Of a DNA stretch of 64,000 nt, positions 19,361-28,387 are shown in pieces; positions within the stretch are counted from its first letter, which is position 1; each line of letters opens with the position of its first letter. Source of the stretch: an uncultured Methanosarcinales archaeon. Lineage in GTDB: Archaea; Nanobdellota; Nanobdellia; Woesearchaeales; JABMPP01. Both the position numbers and the translations under genes were made by a program. The stretch covers positions 1,800 to 65,799 of the forward strand of contig CAZSAD010000004.1 in the NCBI GenBank assembly GCA_964604995.1, given 5' to 3'. The notes beneath the pieces are model-generated. The model was given only the letters and a program-made list of their open reading frames with translations, made no database searches and was not told the origin of the DNA.

Positions 19361-19825
19361 TTACTCAAAATGGTCTTCTCTACTTAAAAAACGGTTATTG
19401 TGAATTGATTCAATAACCCGATAAATATGTGAATCCAATATTTTGTTTTTGCGATTTAATTCGTCAATAAAATCATATTCTTCTTTTGAATTTTTGAATA
19501 TGGCTTCAAAGTGATAATCATATCCTGAGTTTACTAAATAGAAACTATTAACATTTTTTTGATTACTTAAAAAAGATTTTAGTTCTTCCCTGCCCGAATT
19601 ATCAGTTTTTACTGCCATAAATAATTGCAAAGGGTAACCTATTTTAGTAAAACATAAACTACTATTATGGAAAACTATTCCTTCCCTTTCCATTTTATGA
19701 AGCATATCAATCATTGTAGAAACTGGATAACTATGTTTTTTTGCCAAAACGTTAATCTTTTGTCTTGAATTATTTCTCAAAGCAACAATTAAACTTTTTT
19801 CTTTTTCATTTAACATTTTATGCAC
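19361..19825 (-). CDS. Lrp/AsnC-family transcriptional regulator
   Basis: N-terminal HTH followed by a RAM-like beta-alpha-beta-beta-alpha-beta domain. 154 aa. Confidence 0.55.
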   Translation of the reverse strand: MHKMLNEKEKSLIVALRNNSRQKINVLAKKHSYPVSTMIDMLHKMEREGIVFHNSSLCFTKIGYPLQLFMAVKTDNSGREELKSFLSNQKNVNSFYLVNSGYDYHFEAIFKNSKEEYDFIDELNRKNKILDSHIYRVIESIHNNRFLSREDHFE

Positions 19826-19986
19826 CCATTACTAATTTTTTATTACCATAACAAATACATTTAAGTTGTAATGATTACGTAGAAGACGTTAAAATTATAT
19901 ATACTTTAACCAATTATAATTATTATTAGTAATTATGTAATTATTTATGCAAAAGTATATAAATAAACAAAAACATTACAGGTAAT

Positions 19987-20961
19987 ATGAAAAGAAAAGT
20001 AAATCTCGTTGGAGAAAACACCCTAACAATAAGTCTTCCTAATAAATGGACTAAAAAATATAACATAAAAAAAGGGGATGAATTGGAAGTATCAGATAAA
20101 GGAAGTCTTATTTTTATTAGTAAAACTATTAAAAAATTATCAAAAAAAAGTTTCTTGATAAATGCTAATGACTTAAACAGATTTTTGCTTGATAGAACTT
20201 TATACACTTTATATATTGAAGGAGCTGAGATTATAACAGTAACTTTTGAAAAAGATGAAATACATGACACTAGAGCTACAAAAAACATATCACTTTGTTA
20301 TCATGTAAAAGAAACATGCAATAAATTGATTGGTCTTGAAGTTATAAGCCAGTCAAGAAATAGTATTGTAATGGAAAGTTTGATTTCAAAAGAAGAAACT
20401 GAGAAGATGGAAACTGTAAGAAGAAGAGTAGGTTTTCTAATAAAAGAATTTATTGACGAATTTAAGAATGCTTTAAACTCAAACTTCAAAGAATTTGATA
20501 AAAAATCTTACCAGTATCATGATAACATTGTCAAATTCTTGTATCATTATTTAAGACTTTTAAATAGTTCAGAAATTGATGAAGATATGAAAGCTGCATT
20601 GTTCAATATACATATGATTGGGGATAGGATTATAGATAAAATTAGGCACATTAGTAATCAAATTGCAAAAATGAAAACAGTAACAACTAAAATCAAAGAA
20701 TTTGTAAATGAACTTTTTGAATTTTTAACACATCAGTTAGATTCTTTGAATATAAGAGATTTAGATTGGGAATCACTAGATGAAATAGTAAAAAAAAGAT
20801 ATAAGTTAATTGATTATTTAAAAAATGAAAATTTTAATGTTTATGAGTTAAAAGTTATTGTAGAAGCTAGAATGATTTTAGATACAACTAGTGATTTTAT
20901 TGATACAGTACTTGTTATTTGTATGAAAGAATTATATGAAAAAAATAACCAAATAAATTAG
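19987..20961 (+). CDS. AbrB/SpoVT-like N-terminal domain fused to PhoU-like helical domain (putative phosphate-uptake-type regulator)
   Basis: N-terminus VNLVGENTLTISLPNKWTKKYNIKKGDELEV is a swapped-hairpin AbrB-like fold. Followed by helical repeats. 324 aa. Confidence 0.45.
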   Translation: MKRKVNLVGENTLTISLPNKWTKKYNIKKGDELEVSDKGSLIFISKTIKKLSKKSFLINANDLNRFLLDRTLYTLYIEGAEIITVTFEKDEIHDTRATKNISLCYHVKETCNKLIGLEVISQSRNSIVMESLISKEETEKMETVRRRVGFLIKEFIDEFKNALNSNFKEFDKKSYQYHDNIVKFLYHYLRLLNSSEIDEDMKAALFNIHMIGDRIIDKIRHISNQIAKMKTVTTKIKEFVNELFEFLTHQLDSLNIRDLDWESLDEIVKKRYKLIDYLKNENFNVYELKVIVEARMILDTTSDFIDTVLVICMKELYEKNNQIN

Positions 20962-20966
20962 ATTAG

Positions 20967-22136
20967 TTATTTTTTTAATTTATCATGTTTTAATTTATAA
21001 ATTTGTTGTTGTAAAGTATAGATCAAATCATCTTTTGTGATATGTGCACTTTTATTTTCTTCTTTGCTCATAAAATCATATTTTAAATCAGGTTGAATTT
21101 TTATAAATTCAGCTTGTATTGCATCCGGATTATAAACGTCATTTAAGCAGGTAAAGATTAAATCATGTAACATGGGATCTACTTTTCTTTTTACTCTTTC
21201 TGTGTATTTAAAGTTTAATTTATTCACGTCATACATACTTTTTTTATTTTTCATGATAAAATCTCTATGGAGTTGAGTGTCCATTTGTTTACGCCTTGGA
21301 AAAATAAAATTCTCTCCTACCCCCATTTCAAATATGACATATCCAATAGTTGCATAATTAGATTTTGCACCATGTCTAATACTTATATCACTAGAATCAT
21401 AAGGAACAAATGTTCCTAGTCCGAAATCTACCAAAGTGGATTTGGTTAAATTTTCAGCTACAATAATATTTGAAGGATTAGTATCATTTTGAAAAATACC
21501 AATTGTTTCAAGTTGTCTTGTTGCTATGAAAATTGGCACTATTATTTTTAACACATCTTCTGTATTGAATTTACCATTTTCTTTAAGAAGTTGTGCTAAT
21601 GTTTTACCAGGAACATACTCTTGCATAATTACATAAGCTGTTTTATCATCAACCCATGCAATGGATTTTCCACTATCTGTAATAGAAACAACATTATCAA
21701 TAGTGTATCCTTCTTTACGAGCTTCATTGATTCTTTCCATAACTGCTGCTTCCTTTTCATCTTTTGTATACCTAATTTTAAGTACCCTAAATCCTTCACT
21801 GCCTTCAATATTTTTAAGTAAGTAGGTATATCCTTCTTTACCGCCACCTAACCGTTTTATAGGAATATAATCACCAATAAAAATTTTAGAACCTTCAATT
21901 ATTTCTTTAATATCCCTTTTTTCTTGGAGTAAACTATTAATTCCCATTGCTTTATATGAGAGTTTCATATTTTCAAGTGGAAGTCTAAATAATTCAGAAC
22001 CAATTTTTATTTTAGACAGGTTATCGTAATTAGCAGATGAAAGTGTAGCAAGCATTTCTAGTCCACCAATTAAATAGTCAGTGCTTAAAGATTGTATTTT
22101 TCTTTGTTGCCAATCTTTTAGCAATAAAACTAACAA
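20967..22136 (-). CDS. Eukaryotic-like protein kinase fold protein with divergent catalytic loop
   Basis: Gly-rich GGGKEGYTY. VAIK-like FRVLKIRY. C-helix Glu. Catalytic loop QNDTNPSNIIV in place of HRDLKPxN. DFGLG present. The real start is probably the internal Met near 22055, which avoids overlap with the upstream ORF. Confidence 0.5.
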   Translation of the reverse strand: MLVLLLKDWQQRKIQSLSTDYLIGGLEMLATLSSANYDNLSKIKIGSELFRLPLENMKLSYKAMGINSLLQEKRDIKEIIEGSKIFIGDYIPIKRLGGGKEGYTYLLKNIEGSEGFRVLKIRYTKDEKEAAVMERINEARKEGYTIDNVVSITDSGKSIAWVDDKTAYVIMQEYVPGKTLAQLLKENGKFNTEDVLKIIVPIFIATRQLETIGIFQNDTNPSNIIVAENLTKSTLVDFGLGTFVPYDSSDISIRHGAKSNYATIGYVIFEMGVGENFIFPRRKQMDTQLHRDFIMKNKKSMYDVNKLNFKYTERVKRKVDPMLHDLIFTCLNDVYNPDAIQAEFIKIQPDLKYDFMSKEENKSAHITKDDLIYTLQQQIYKLKHDKLKK

Positions 22137-22503
22137 TGTTAACTAAAAAATCAATATCTTTTTTATTTTGAAAAAGTTCAGAAACTTTTTCCTCATTGAA
22201 AAGATCATTTTCAAAATTTAAATCTGCAAAATAAAAATGGGAGAGAGTTTCAATAAGGTCTTTATTAGAGACTTTTAAAAGATTAGGATTAAATGATTTT
22301 GCATCGATTTTGTTTATTAAATGTTTTGTAGGTAAAAGAATTTTGTTCGAATCTTCATTTGACTCAAAAGTTTTTGTTATTGTATTAAATCTATCAATTG
22401 TCTTTTGAACAGATAAGTTAATTTCAGATAAATAATCTTTAGAATTATTAAATAATATGTCAATTTGCTTTGAATCTTCCGAATTTTGTTCTAATTTGCC
22501 CAT
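22078..22503 (-). CDS. Hypothetical helical protein (possibly prefoldin-like)
   Basis: 141-aa alpha-helical ORF in the position that eIF6, LX or prefoldin usually occupy downstream of rpl31e. No diagnostic motif. Confidence 0.3.
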   Translation of the reverse strand: MGKLEQNSEDSKQIDILFNNSKDYLSEINLSVQKTIDRFNTITKTFESNEDSNKILLPTKHLINKIDAKSFNPNLLKVSNKDLIETLSHFYFADLNFENDLFNEEKVSELFQNKKDIDFLVNIVSFIAKRLATKKNTIFKH

Positions 22504-22693
22504 AAGAACCCCAATATTCTTTAATATATAAATCTAATTAATTTTATTACTATAAAGTAGTTTAAAAAACAAAGAGTTATAAATATTCCAAATAAAAAAA
22601 TTGAATATAAAAAACACAAAAAAAGATAAAAGTTACAAAACAATAAACGAAAAAATAGAAAGAAAATTAGAAAATAAATAAAATAAGAAAGAT

Positions 22694-23122
22694 TTACTCT
22701 TTCTTTTTTGCTGATTTTTTAGTTGTTTTCTTTTCAACTGAAGTACTTACAACTTCTGCTTCTTTAACTTCAGTTACATCTTCTGAAGAATCTTGATTAG
22801 ATTTAGTTATTTTTTCAGCTTTCTTGACTTTCTGGTCAACAGTCTCTTTCTTTTCAACTGGAGCGGTTACAATTTCTGCATAAACTTTACCAGAATCATC
22901 TTTAGTTACTTTAACTTTGATGTGATGTGGCGGAGATTTTATGCCGTGTTCCCAGACTTTAAGATTAAGATATTTACCAAGCTTAACATTATCAAGTTCT
23001 GTTTTCATATTCTTAGCTAAAAATTCCCTAACAACTCTAACTGCTTTTTTAGCTCTTTTATATTTTGGAACATTAAGCCAGTCTTTTCGAATTGGGATAT
23101 TGTATATTCTTTCAATTGCCAT
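22694..23122 (-). CDS. rpl31e: 50S ribosomal protein L31e
   Basis: MAIERIYNIPIRKDW…RAKKAVRVVREF…VKLGKYLNLKVWEHGIK is the L31e signature. Start taken at the Met of MAIER. Confidence 0.8.
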   Translation of the reverse strand: MAIERIYNIPIRKDWLNVPKYKRAKKAVRVVREFLAKNMKTELDNVKLGKYLNLKVWEHGIKSPPHHIKVKVTKDDSGKVYAEIVTAPVEKKETVDQKVKKAEKITKSNQDSSEDVTEVKEAEVVSTSVEKKTTKKSAKKKE

Positions 23123-23124
23123 AT

Positions 23125-23313
23125 TAATCATCCTCTAACTTACGCTTTGGTCTTTGTCCTTCTCCAGCTTCTTTTAACAGTTGTATGTCTTCCTGGATGG
23201 ACTCTTCTGCCTTTGCCATATATTTTGGGTACTGTCCAAAAAGGTGCCCATTTCGTCTGTGACGATTTCTTTGCCAATCTTTTCTTTTTGGCTGGATGTT
23301 TTACTCTTGCCAT
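23125..23313 (-). CDS. rpl39e: 50S ribosomal protein L39e
   Basis: Not in the supplied ORF track because it is under 60 aa. Hand translation of the minus strand gives MARVKHPAKKKRLAKKSSQTKWAPFWTVPKIYGKGRRVHPGRHTTVKRSWRGQRPKRKLEDD, a canonical L39e. Confidence 0.7.
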
Positions 23314-23368
23314 AATGATGACCTCGTCTTATTTTATTTTTTAATTTTGTTTTTAATTTTTATATTTT

Positions 23369-23701
23369 TTATACTCTTTTTATGTTGATTTGCCTTTTTT
23401 TAGGAGCTAATTTGGATAATAGCTGTTTTAACATATTATCATCAATCATTTCTACTCTGCCAGATTGAATGAGTTGTCCAATAACAGCAATTATCTGAAC
23501 TGCTTTATCATAATCAACAGCTTTGATGTTGCTATATCTTTCTAATGCTTCTTTTGTTAAAACTTGTTTGACAATACTTTCAAGCTCAGCAATTTGCTTT
23601 CGAAGATTAGCTTCTTCATTTGCTGCATTTTGCTGCTTGTTTAAATCTTGTGCTTGCATCGATGCAAGCTTTCGCATCCGTATATCGTCAAGCTCGCTCA
23701 T
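23369..23701 (-). CDS. PDCD5/TFAR19-like dsDNA-binding protein (MTH1615 family)
   Basis: 110-aa helical, Gln/Lys-rich protein in the conserved position between rps19e and rpl39e. Confidence 0.6.
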   Translation of the reverse strand: MSELDDIRMRKLASMQAQDLNKQQNAANEEANLRKQIAELESIVKQVLTKEALERYSNIKAVDYDKAVQIIAVIGQLIQSGRVEMIDDNMLKQLLSKLAPKKRQINIKRV

Positions 23702-23785
23702 GTTTTATCAAATTTTATAATTTATTATGATCCATAATAATTTATAATATAAATATTTTATAATTGAATAATAAATAACAATAAT

Positions 23786-24349
23786 TTATTCTGCATCTTC
23801 AATAGGTGCACTTGTTGCAACTTGTTTAGCTTCTTTCTTCTTTGATTTTGGCTCTTTTACTTTTGTCTCAATTTGAGTAGAGTCATCTTGTTTTGAAGAA
23901 GATTCTTTTGCAACTCTAGGTTTAGTACTAAGTATTTTTGTTGCTATTTTATCTAGGAAACTTTTACCCTTTGGAGTAACTATCCTTCCTTTGTGCAAAC
24001 CTTTCTCAACTTGTTTTGTAAAACCAGCTGTATCCAGTTGCTGTAAAACTTCCCTAATAATACTGCCTGAACCTTTAAATGTGTGCTCTGGAGCATGTCC
24101 TCTATTTTTTCTTCCGCCATATTTAACTCTAAGTTTAGCAGTACCAATTGGTCCAAGTTTGTAAACATATTTTAAAACTGAAGCTGTTCTAAAATACCAC
24201 CAATCTTTTTCAATAGGAGGTCTTTCTTTATGCATTCCCGTCTTTACAAAAAAAGCCCATTGTGGCTCTTTTATTTGTGGAACGCTCTTTAATTCTTGTG
24301 CTGCCATTTCCACAAGTTCTTGTTGTAAAACATCATATACTGTTGCCAT
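23786..24349 (-). CDS. rps19e: 30S ribosomal protein S19e
   Basis: [18 protein letters not shown]…[14 protein letters not shown]…[18 protein letters not shown] is the S19e signature. Confidence 0.8.
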   Translation of the reverse strand: MATVYDVLQQELVEMAAQELKSVPQIKEPQWAFFVKTGMHKERPPIEKDWWYFRTASVLKYVYKLGPIGTAKLRVKYGGRKNRGHAPEHTFKGSGSIIREVLQQLDTAGFTKQVEKGLHKGRIVTPKGKSFLDKIATKILSTKPRVAKESSSKQDDSTQIETKVKEPKSKKKEAKQVATSAPIEDAE

Positions 24350-24623
24350 CTATTCACCTTTGTTATTTTATGTAGTTTTATTATTTGTTTTTATTATTTT
24401 ATTGTAACTCTTTCTTATTAGTCCATAGCCTAAAGCAAAGCCCTTACTACAGAACCTCTAAACCATAGTCAAGGAAAAAATATGTATTTAAAAAGCTTGC
24501 TGTGAGTATTGGAATATTGCCCTTAAGTTAGGATAGGGAAGTATTAAGTTAGGATAGGGTAATAAATAGATCTTTAGTAGGTTCTTTTACTTAAATCTGA
24601 TATACTTAAATTTAATATTATAT

Positions 24624-25175
24624 TTATTTCTTCCCGCCTGCATAGAATATCTTGCTGATATCATAATCATTAGGATTAACATCAGATTTTCCAGGACCAG
24701 CGCCAACTGTTGCTTTCTTTGGCTCTTCGCCTCTTGGCAAAGGTGCAGAAGAAACCATTGAAGATGCTTGCTGTTGCGAATGATTTACTTGTTGTTGTTT
24801 TACAACTTCACCAGTTTCAGCATCTTCTTCAACTTCAATCATTCTTTTAACAGTTTTTCTCTCCGGTGTTGCTTCTCTTCCTCTTTTTAATTCATTTATC
24901 TCTTTTTTTAAGGATTCAATTTCTTCTTTTAAATGAGCTACTTCTTTATCAAATGTATTTCCTGCAAACCATTTTATTAAATCGTCAGTAACTTTATTAA
25001 AAATTGCTGTTTTAAAGTATCTTTCACCTTCTGATAATCTTGAATCCTCAGCTAATAAGGCTTCTGCAATCTTAGTTGCTGTTGTAAAATCATTTGCAAT
25101 CTTTGTCTTAAGAATCCCTTGTGTTAGGGCATTTAATTTTTCACTTTCAAGCATTCCTGGCATAATAATCACCAA
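24624..25175 (-). CDS. Hypothetical protein (coiled-coil plus low-complexity Gln/Ser tail)
   Basis: 183-aa ORF with no recognisable motif. Confidence 0.3.
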   Translation of the reverse strand: MVIIMPGMLESEKLNALTQGILKTKIANDFTTATKIAEALLAEDSRLSEGERYFKTAIFNKVTDDLIKWFAGNTFDKEVAHLKEEIESLKKEINELKRGREATPERKTVKRMIEVEEDAETGEVVKQQQVNHSQQQASSMVSSAPLPRGEEPKKATVGAGPGKSDVNPNDYDISKIFYAGGKK

Positions 25176-25291
25176 ACAAAAAGTATCTGCTCTAGTTAAT
25201 AAATTTTTTGAATAAGTAAAAATAATAAACTAAAAAGCTGTTTATTCAAGAATATTCAAAAATATTTAAAAATGTTTATTTAAGAAGAATA

Positions 25292-26527
25292 TTATTTATT
25301 GAAATAGACTGGAGTTAAAACTCTATCTTGCAACTCAGTTAGTTTTTTATTAGCCATTTTCTCATCATGTGTTAAAGAGTAGTAAGCAGAGTGTATTTTT
25401 TGTAATAGATTATCTGCTTTTTTATTATCAAAACTTTTGTATTTTTCAGGAAACATTTGCACAATATGTTTTACAATTTCAAATCCTGTCCAAGTACCAG
25501 AAAATGCCATTGTGTCAGCATTAAACAATTCATCTAAAGAAAATTTTTTCTCTTCTACTGGAATCCCCATAATTTGTGCTATCTCAAGAACAATTTTTCT
25601 TTTTGTTCCAGGTAAAACTCCTTGAGATAATGGAGGAGTGATTAAAGTGTTATTTTTAACAATGTAAACATTTTCCCCGCCACCCTCAAGCACATTAAGA
25701 TTATTATCAACTATAAGTGTTTCATTAAATCCTGCCATATTGGCAAATGTCTTGTAAACTCCTGGCCATCCATAATTTGAAGCAGATTTTACTAATCTTT
25801 CAGGAGTTGAAATGCCCCTAATTGCATTTTTTCCAAATTTTTGAGAATAATCTTTTCCAAAAATTAATTCAGGTTGTCCAACAATTACAATTGGAGGATT
25901 ATCACCAGCTAAATAGGGTGGAACATTAAAAGTTGAAGTTTCAATTACTGCTTCATTATTTCCACCAAAAACACCAAGCCCTGCTACTTTACGCCCTTCT
26001 TCATTATATTTTTCCCCTCTACCTGCCCAGGGCCTCATATAAATTAATCCATTTGGATCAAGTGTTTGATTTGCTAGATTTCTCCCCATAAGCTCCATCC
26101 ATCTTCCTTTTAATTCATCTTCATTAACATCTAAATAATCCATTTGTTTTCTTGGTTGTAATTTTATTTCTGGATGATTTTGTAACATTTTATTATATAT
26201 TTCATCTGCAATTTTTTCTGGTTCACCTTTAATTAAAAGTTTATGTTCCAAACTTTTCATAAATCTTGCTGCATTTTCATTAAGAGTTAAGAAATTTATT
26301 TTATTATCATCTCGATTAGATTTCAAAGCAATTATTCCTTCAAAGATTCCATCTCCATAATGAAGCGAATGAAACATTGGAGATTTTCCAAATAATGCAA
26401 TTGCATGTTGAAAAGTAATAATATCATCGTAATTGTTATTATTTTTAATCCAAATTAAACTTTGAGGAGAATAAGGGTAAGATAAATTTACAGATTTCTG
26501 TTTTTCCTTGAATTTGTTTTCAGACAT
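25292..26527 (-). CDS. Class IV (branched-chain/D-amino acid) aminotransferase-like protein
   Basis: HYGDGIFEG, YMRPWAG, GNNEA, and C-terminal EGGGENVYIV…TPPLSQGVLPGTKRK…DELFNADTMAFSGTW match the BCAT fold. 411 aa with insertions. Confidence 0.55.
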   Translation of the reverse strand: MSENKFKEKQKSVNLSYPYSPQSLIWIKNNNNYDDIITFQHAIALFGKSPMFHSLHYGDGIFEGIIALKSNRDDNKINFLTLNENAARFMKSLEHKLLIKGEPEKIADEIYNKMLQNHPEIKLQPRKQMDYLDVNEDELKGRWMELMGRNLANQTLDPNGLIYMRPWAGRGEKYNEEGRKVAGLGVFGGNNEAVIETSTFNVPPYLAGDNPPIVIVGQPELIFGKDYSQKFGKNAIRGISTPERLVKSASNYGWPGVYKTFANMAGFNETLIVDNNLNVLEGGGENVYIVKNNTLITPPLSQGVLPGTKRKIVLEIAQIMGIPVEEKKFSLDELFNADTMAFSGTWTGFEIVKHIVQMFPEKYKSFDNKKADNLLQKIHSAYYSLTHDEKMANKKLTELQDRVLTPVYFNK

Positions 26528-26678
26528 ATTGTATTACCAAAGATATTTTGTTTATAAAATTTTGCAAATTTGCTATTTAAAAGTAGTATAAACAATATTA
26601 GGAAGATAAAATAATTTAGTATAAACAAGTTAGTATAGTCAAGTTAAATATTCAAGGCCAAGTGTTATAAACAACAAA

Positions 26679-28196
26679 TTGTCTAATCATCTCCCAATGA
26701 TAACTTTCAAAGAAAAACCAAATACCAAAGAAGAGCTTTTAGGTATTTTGCACCCTATTGTGCAAAAATGGTTTTTTTCTAAATTCAATGATTTTTCAAT
26801 GCCACAGCTTTTTGGTGTAATGGAAATCCATAGCAGAAAAAATACACTTGTAACTGCTCCAACCGGAGCTACCAAAACACTTACTGGATTTTTATCTGTT
26901 TTGAATGAATTAATTGATAGTTCAGAAAAAGGAATTTTAGAAAATAGGATATATTGTGTTTACATCTCTCCTCTAAAAGCCTTAAATGAAGATATCAAAG
27001 TAAATTTAATAACTCCTTTGCAAGAAATGGAAAAAATTGCAGGAAAAGAATTTGGCATAAGAGTTGGAGTTAGAACTGGAGACACCACAACTGCTGAAAG
27101 AGCAAAGATGACAAAAATTCCCCCCCATATATTCATTACTACTCCAGAAAGTTTAGCAATACTTCTTTCAACAATTAAATTCAAAGAGCATCTAAGAAAA
27201 GTTGATTGGTGTATAATTGATGAAGTGCATGCACTAGCTGAGAACAAAAGAGGAGTTCATCTTTCATTAAGTTTGGAAAGATTACAACAATTATCAGGTT
27301 ACATGACAAGAGTTGGACTTTCAGCAACTGTTGCTCCAATTGAAGAAGTTGCAAAATTTCTTGTCGGTTTTGATGAAAATAAAGAGAGCAAGCAAAAAGA
27401 GAGAGATTGCACAATAATTGATACGCAATTCATAAAAAAACTTGATTTGAAAGTTTTAAGCCCTGTTCCTGATTTAATAAATACAACACATGAGCAAATG
27501 CATAATGCAATGTATGAATTAATTGATAAATTAGTTCAAGAACATAAAACAACGCTTATTTTCACAAATACAAGAGCTGCAACAGAAAGAGTTGTTAACC
27601 ATCTAAAAGAAAGATTTCCAAAAAACTATTCTGAAAATATTGGAGCGCATCATGGCTCACTTTCAAAAGAACATCGTCATAAAATTGAATCTTCTTTAAG
27701 AGAAGGTAAAATAAAAATTGTTGAACATAATTCAAGTATCCCTTCTCCTTTTGCTTTTGGCTTATTGCTAGAAGGACACATGGACATTTTGGCAATAGAA
27801 GATAAAGTTGAATTCTTAAGAAGAATGCATGAAATGGTGCTTGCAAAAATTGCAAAAAAACATAGTGACATTGAAATACCAAAAAGATTATTGGAGAACT
27901 CTAGTAAAAACAAGCACGATGCAGATTTTAGTTATGAAGAATTTTGGAAAGAGATGATAAAACAGCAAGATGAAAAAATAGATAAAGAACAAGAAAAACT
28001 AAAAATGCAACTTTGGGATACTCCACATATTCCTGGATTTCCAAAATTAGAAATTTTAAAAATGATTAGAAAAGAAAAAGATATTGATGATAAAGTTATT
28101 AGTGCAATTGAAAAATATAAAGAAGAGATAAAAACCAATTGGCCAGAAGAATTAAAAGAATTTGTTTTTTCTAAAGTCAAAGAATTAAAACTATAA
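26679..28196 (+). CDS. Lhr-like DExH helicase, degenerate/truncated
   Basis: Motif I VTAPTGATKT. Motif II IIDEVHAL. Lhr-type SATVAPIEEVAKFL. HHGSLSKEHR. Motifs V and VI (TSSLELGID, QR-GRAGR) are absent. Lys/Glu-rich tail. Confidence 0.5.
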   Translation: MSNHLPMITFKEKPNTKEELLGILHPIVQKWFFSKFNDFSMPQLFGVMEIHSRKNTLVTAPTGATKTLTGFLSVLNELIDSSEKGILENRIYCVYISPLKALNEDIKVNLITPLQEMEKIAGKEFGIRVGVRTGDTTTAERAKMTKIPPHIFITTPESLAILLSTIKFKEHLRKVDWCIIDEVHALAENKRGVHLSLSLERLQQLSGYMTRVGLSATVAPIEEVAKFLVGFDENKESKQKERDCTIIDTQFIKKLDLKVLSPVPDLINTTHEQMHNAMYELIDKLVQEHKTTLIFTNTRAATERVVNHLKERFPKNYSENIGAHHGSLSKEHRHKIESSLREGKIKIVEHNSSIPSPFAFGLLLEGHMDILAIEDKVEFLRRMHEMVLAKIAKKHSDIEIPKRLLENSSKNKHDADFSYEEFWKEMIKQQDEKIDKEQEKLKMQLWDTPHIPGFPKLEILKMIRKEKDIDDKVISAIEKYKEEIKTNWPEELKEFVFSKVKELKL

Positions 28197-28387
28197 AATC
28201 AATATATAACTGCATTATAAAAATATAAGAAATAAAGATATAAGAAACCTATTTATACCCCTTCAATTATCATACTTTATCATATATTTAAACAAAGACA
28301 TTAATAGTTAAGTAAAATAATTAACAAATAAGGTTTAGCCACAATAATTGATTGTAATATTAATTATAGTATTAATTACAAAAAATA

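Noticed and set aside
22941-23344. Plus-strand ORFs 22941-23138 and 23147-23344 from the track.
   Set aside because: They are antisense to rpl31e and rpl39e. The minus-strand translations are canonical ribosomal proteins.
24400-24480. Relatively GC-rich stretch upstream of rps19e, considered as a possible tRNA.
   Set aside because: No acceptor-stem or T-arm complementarity. No GTTC-like T-loop or plausible anticodon stem could be folded by eye. Kept only as a weak ncRNA or regulatory possibility in the findings.
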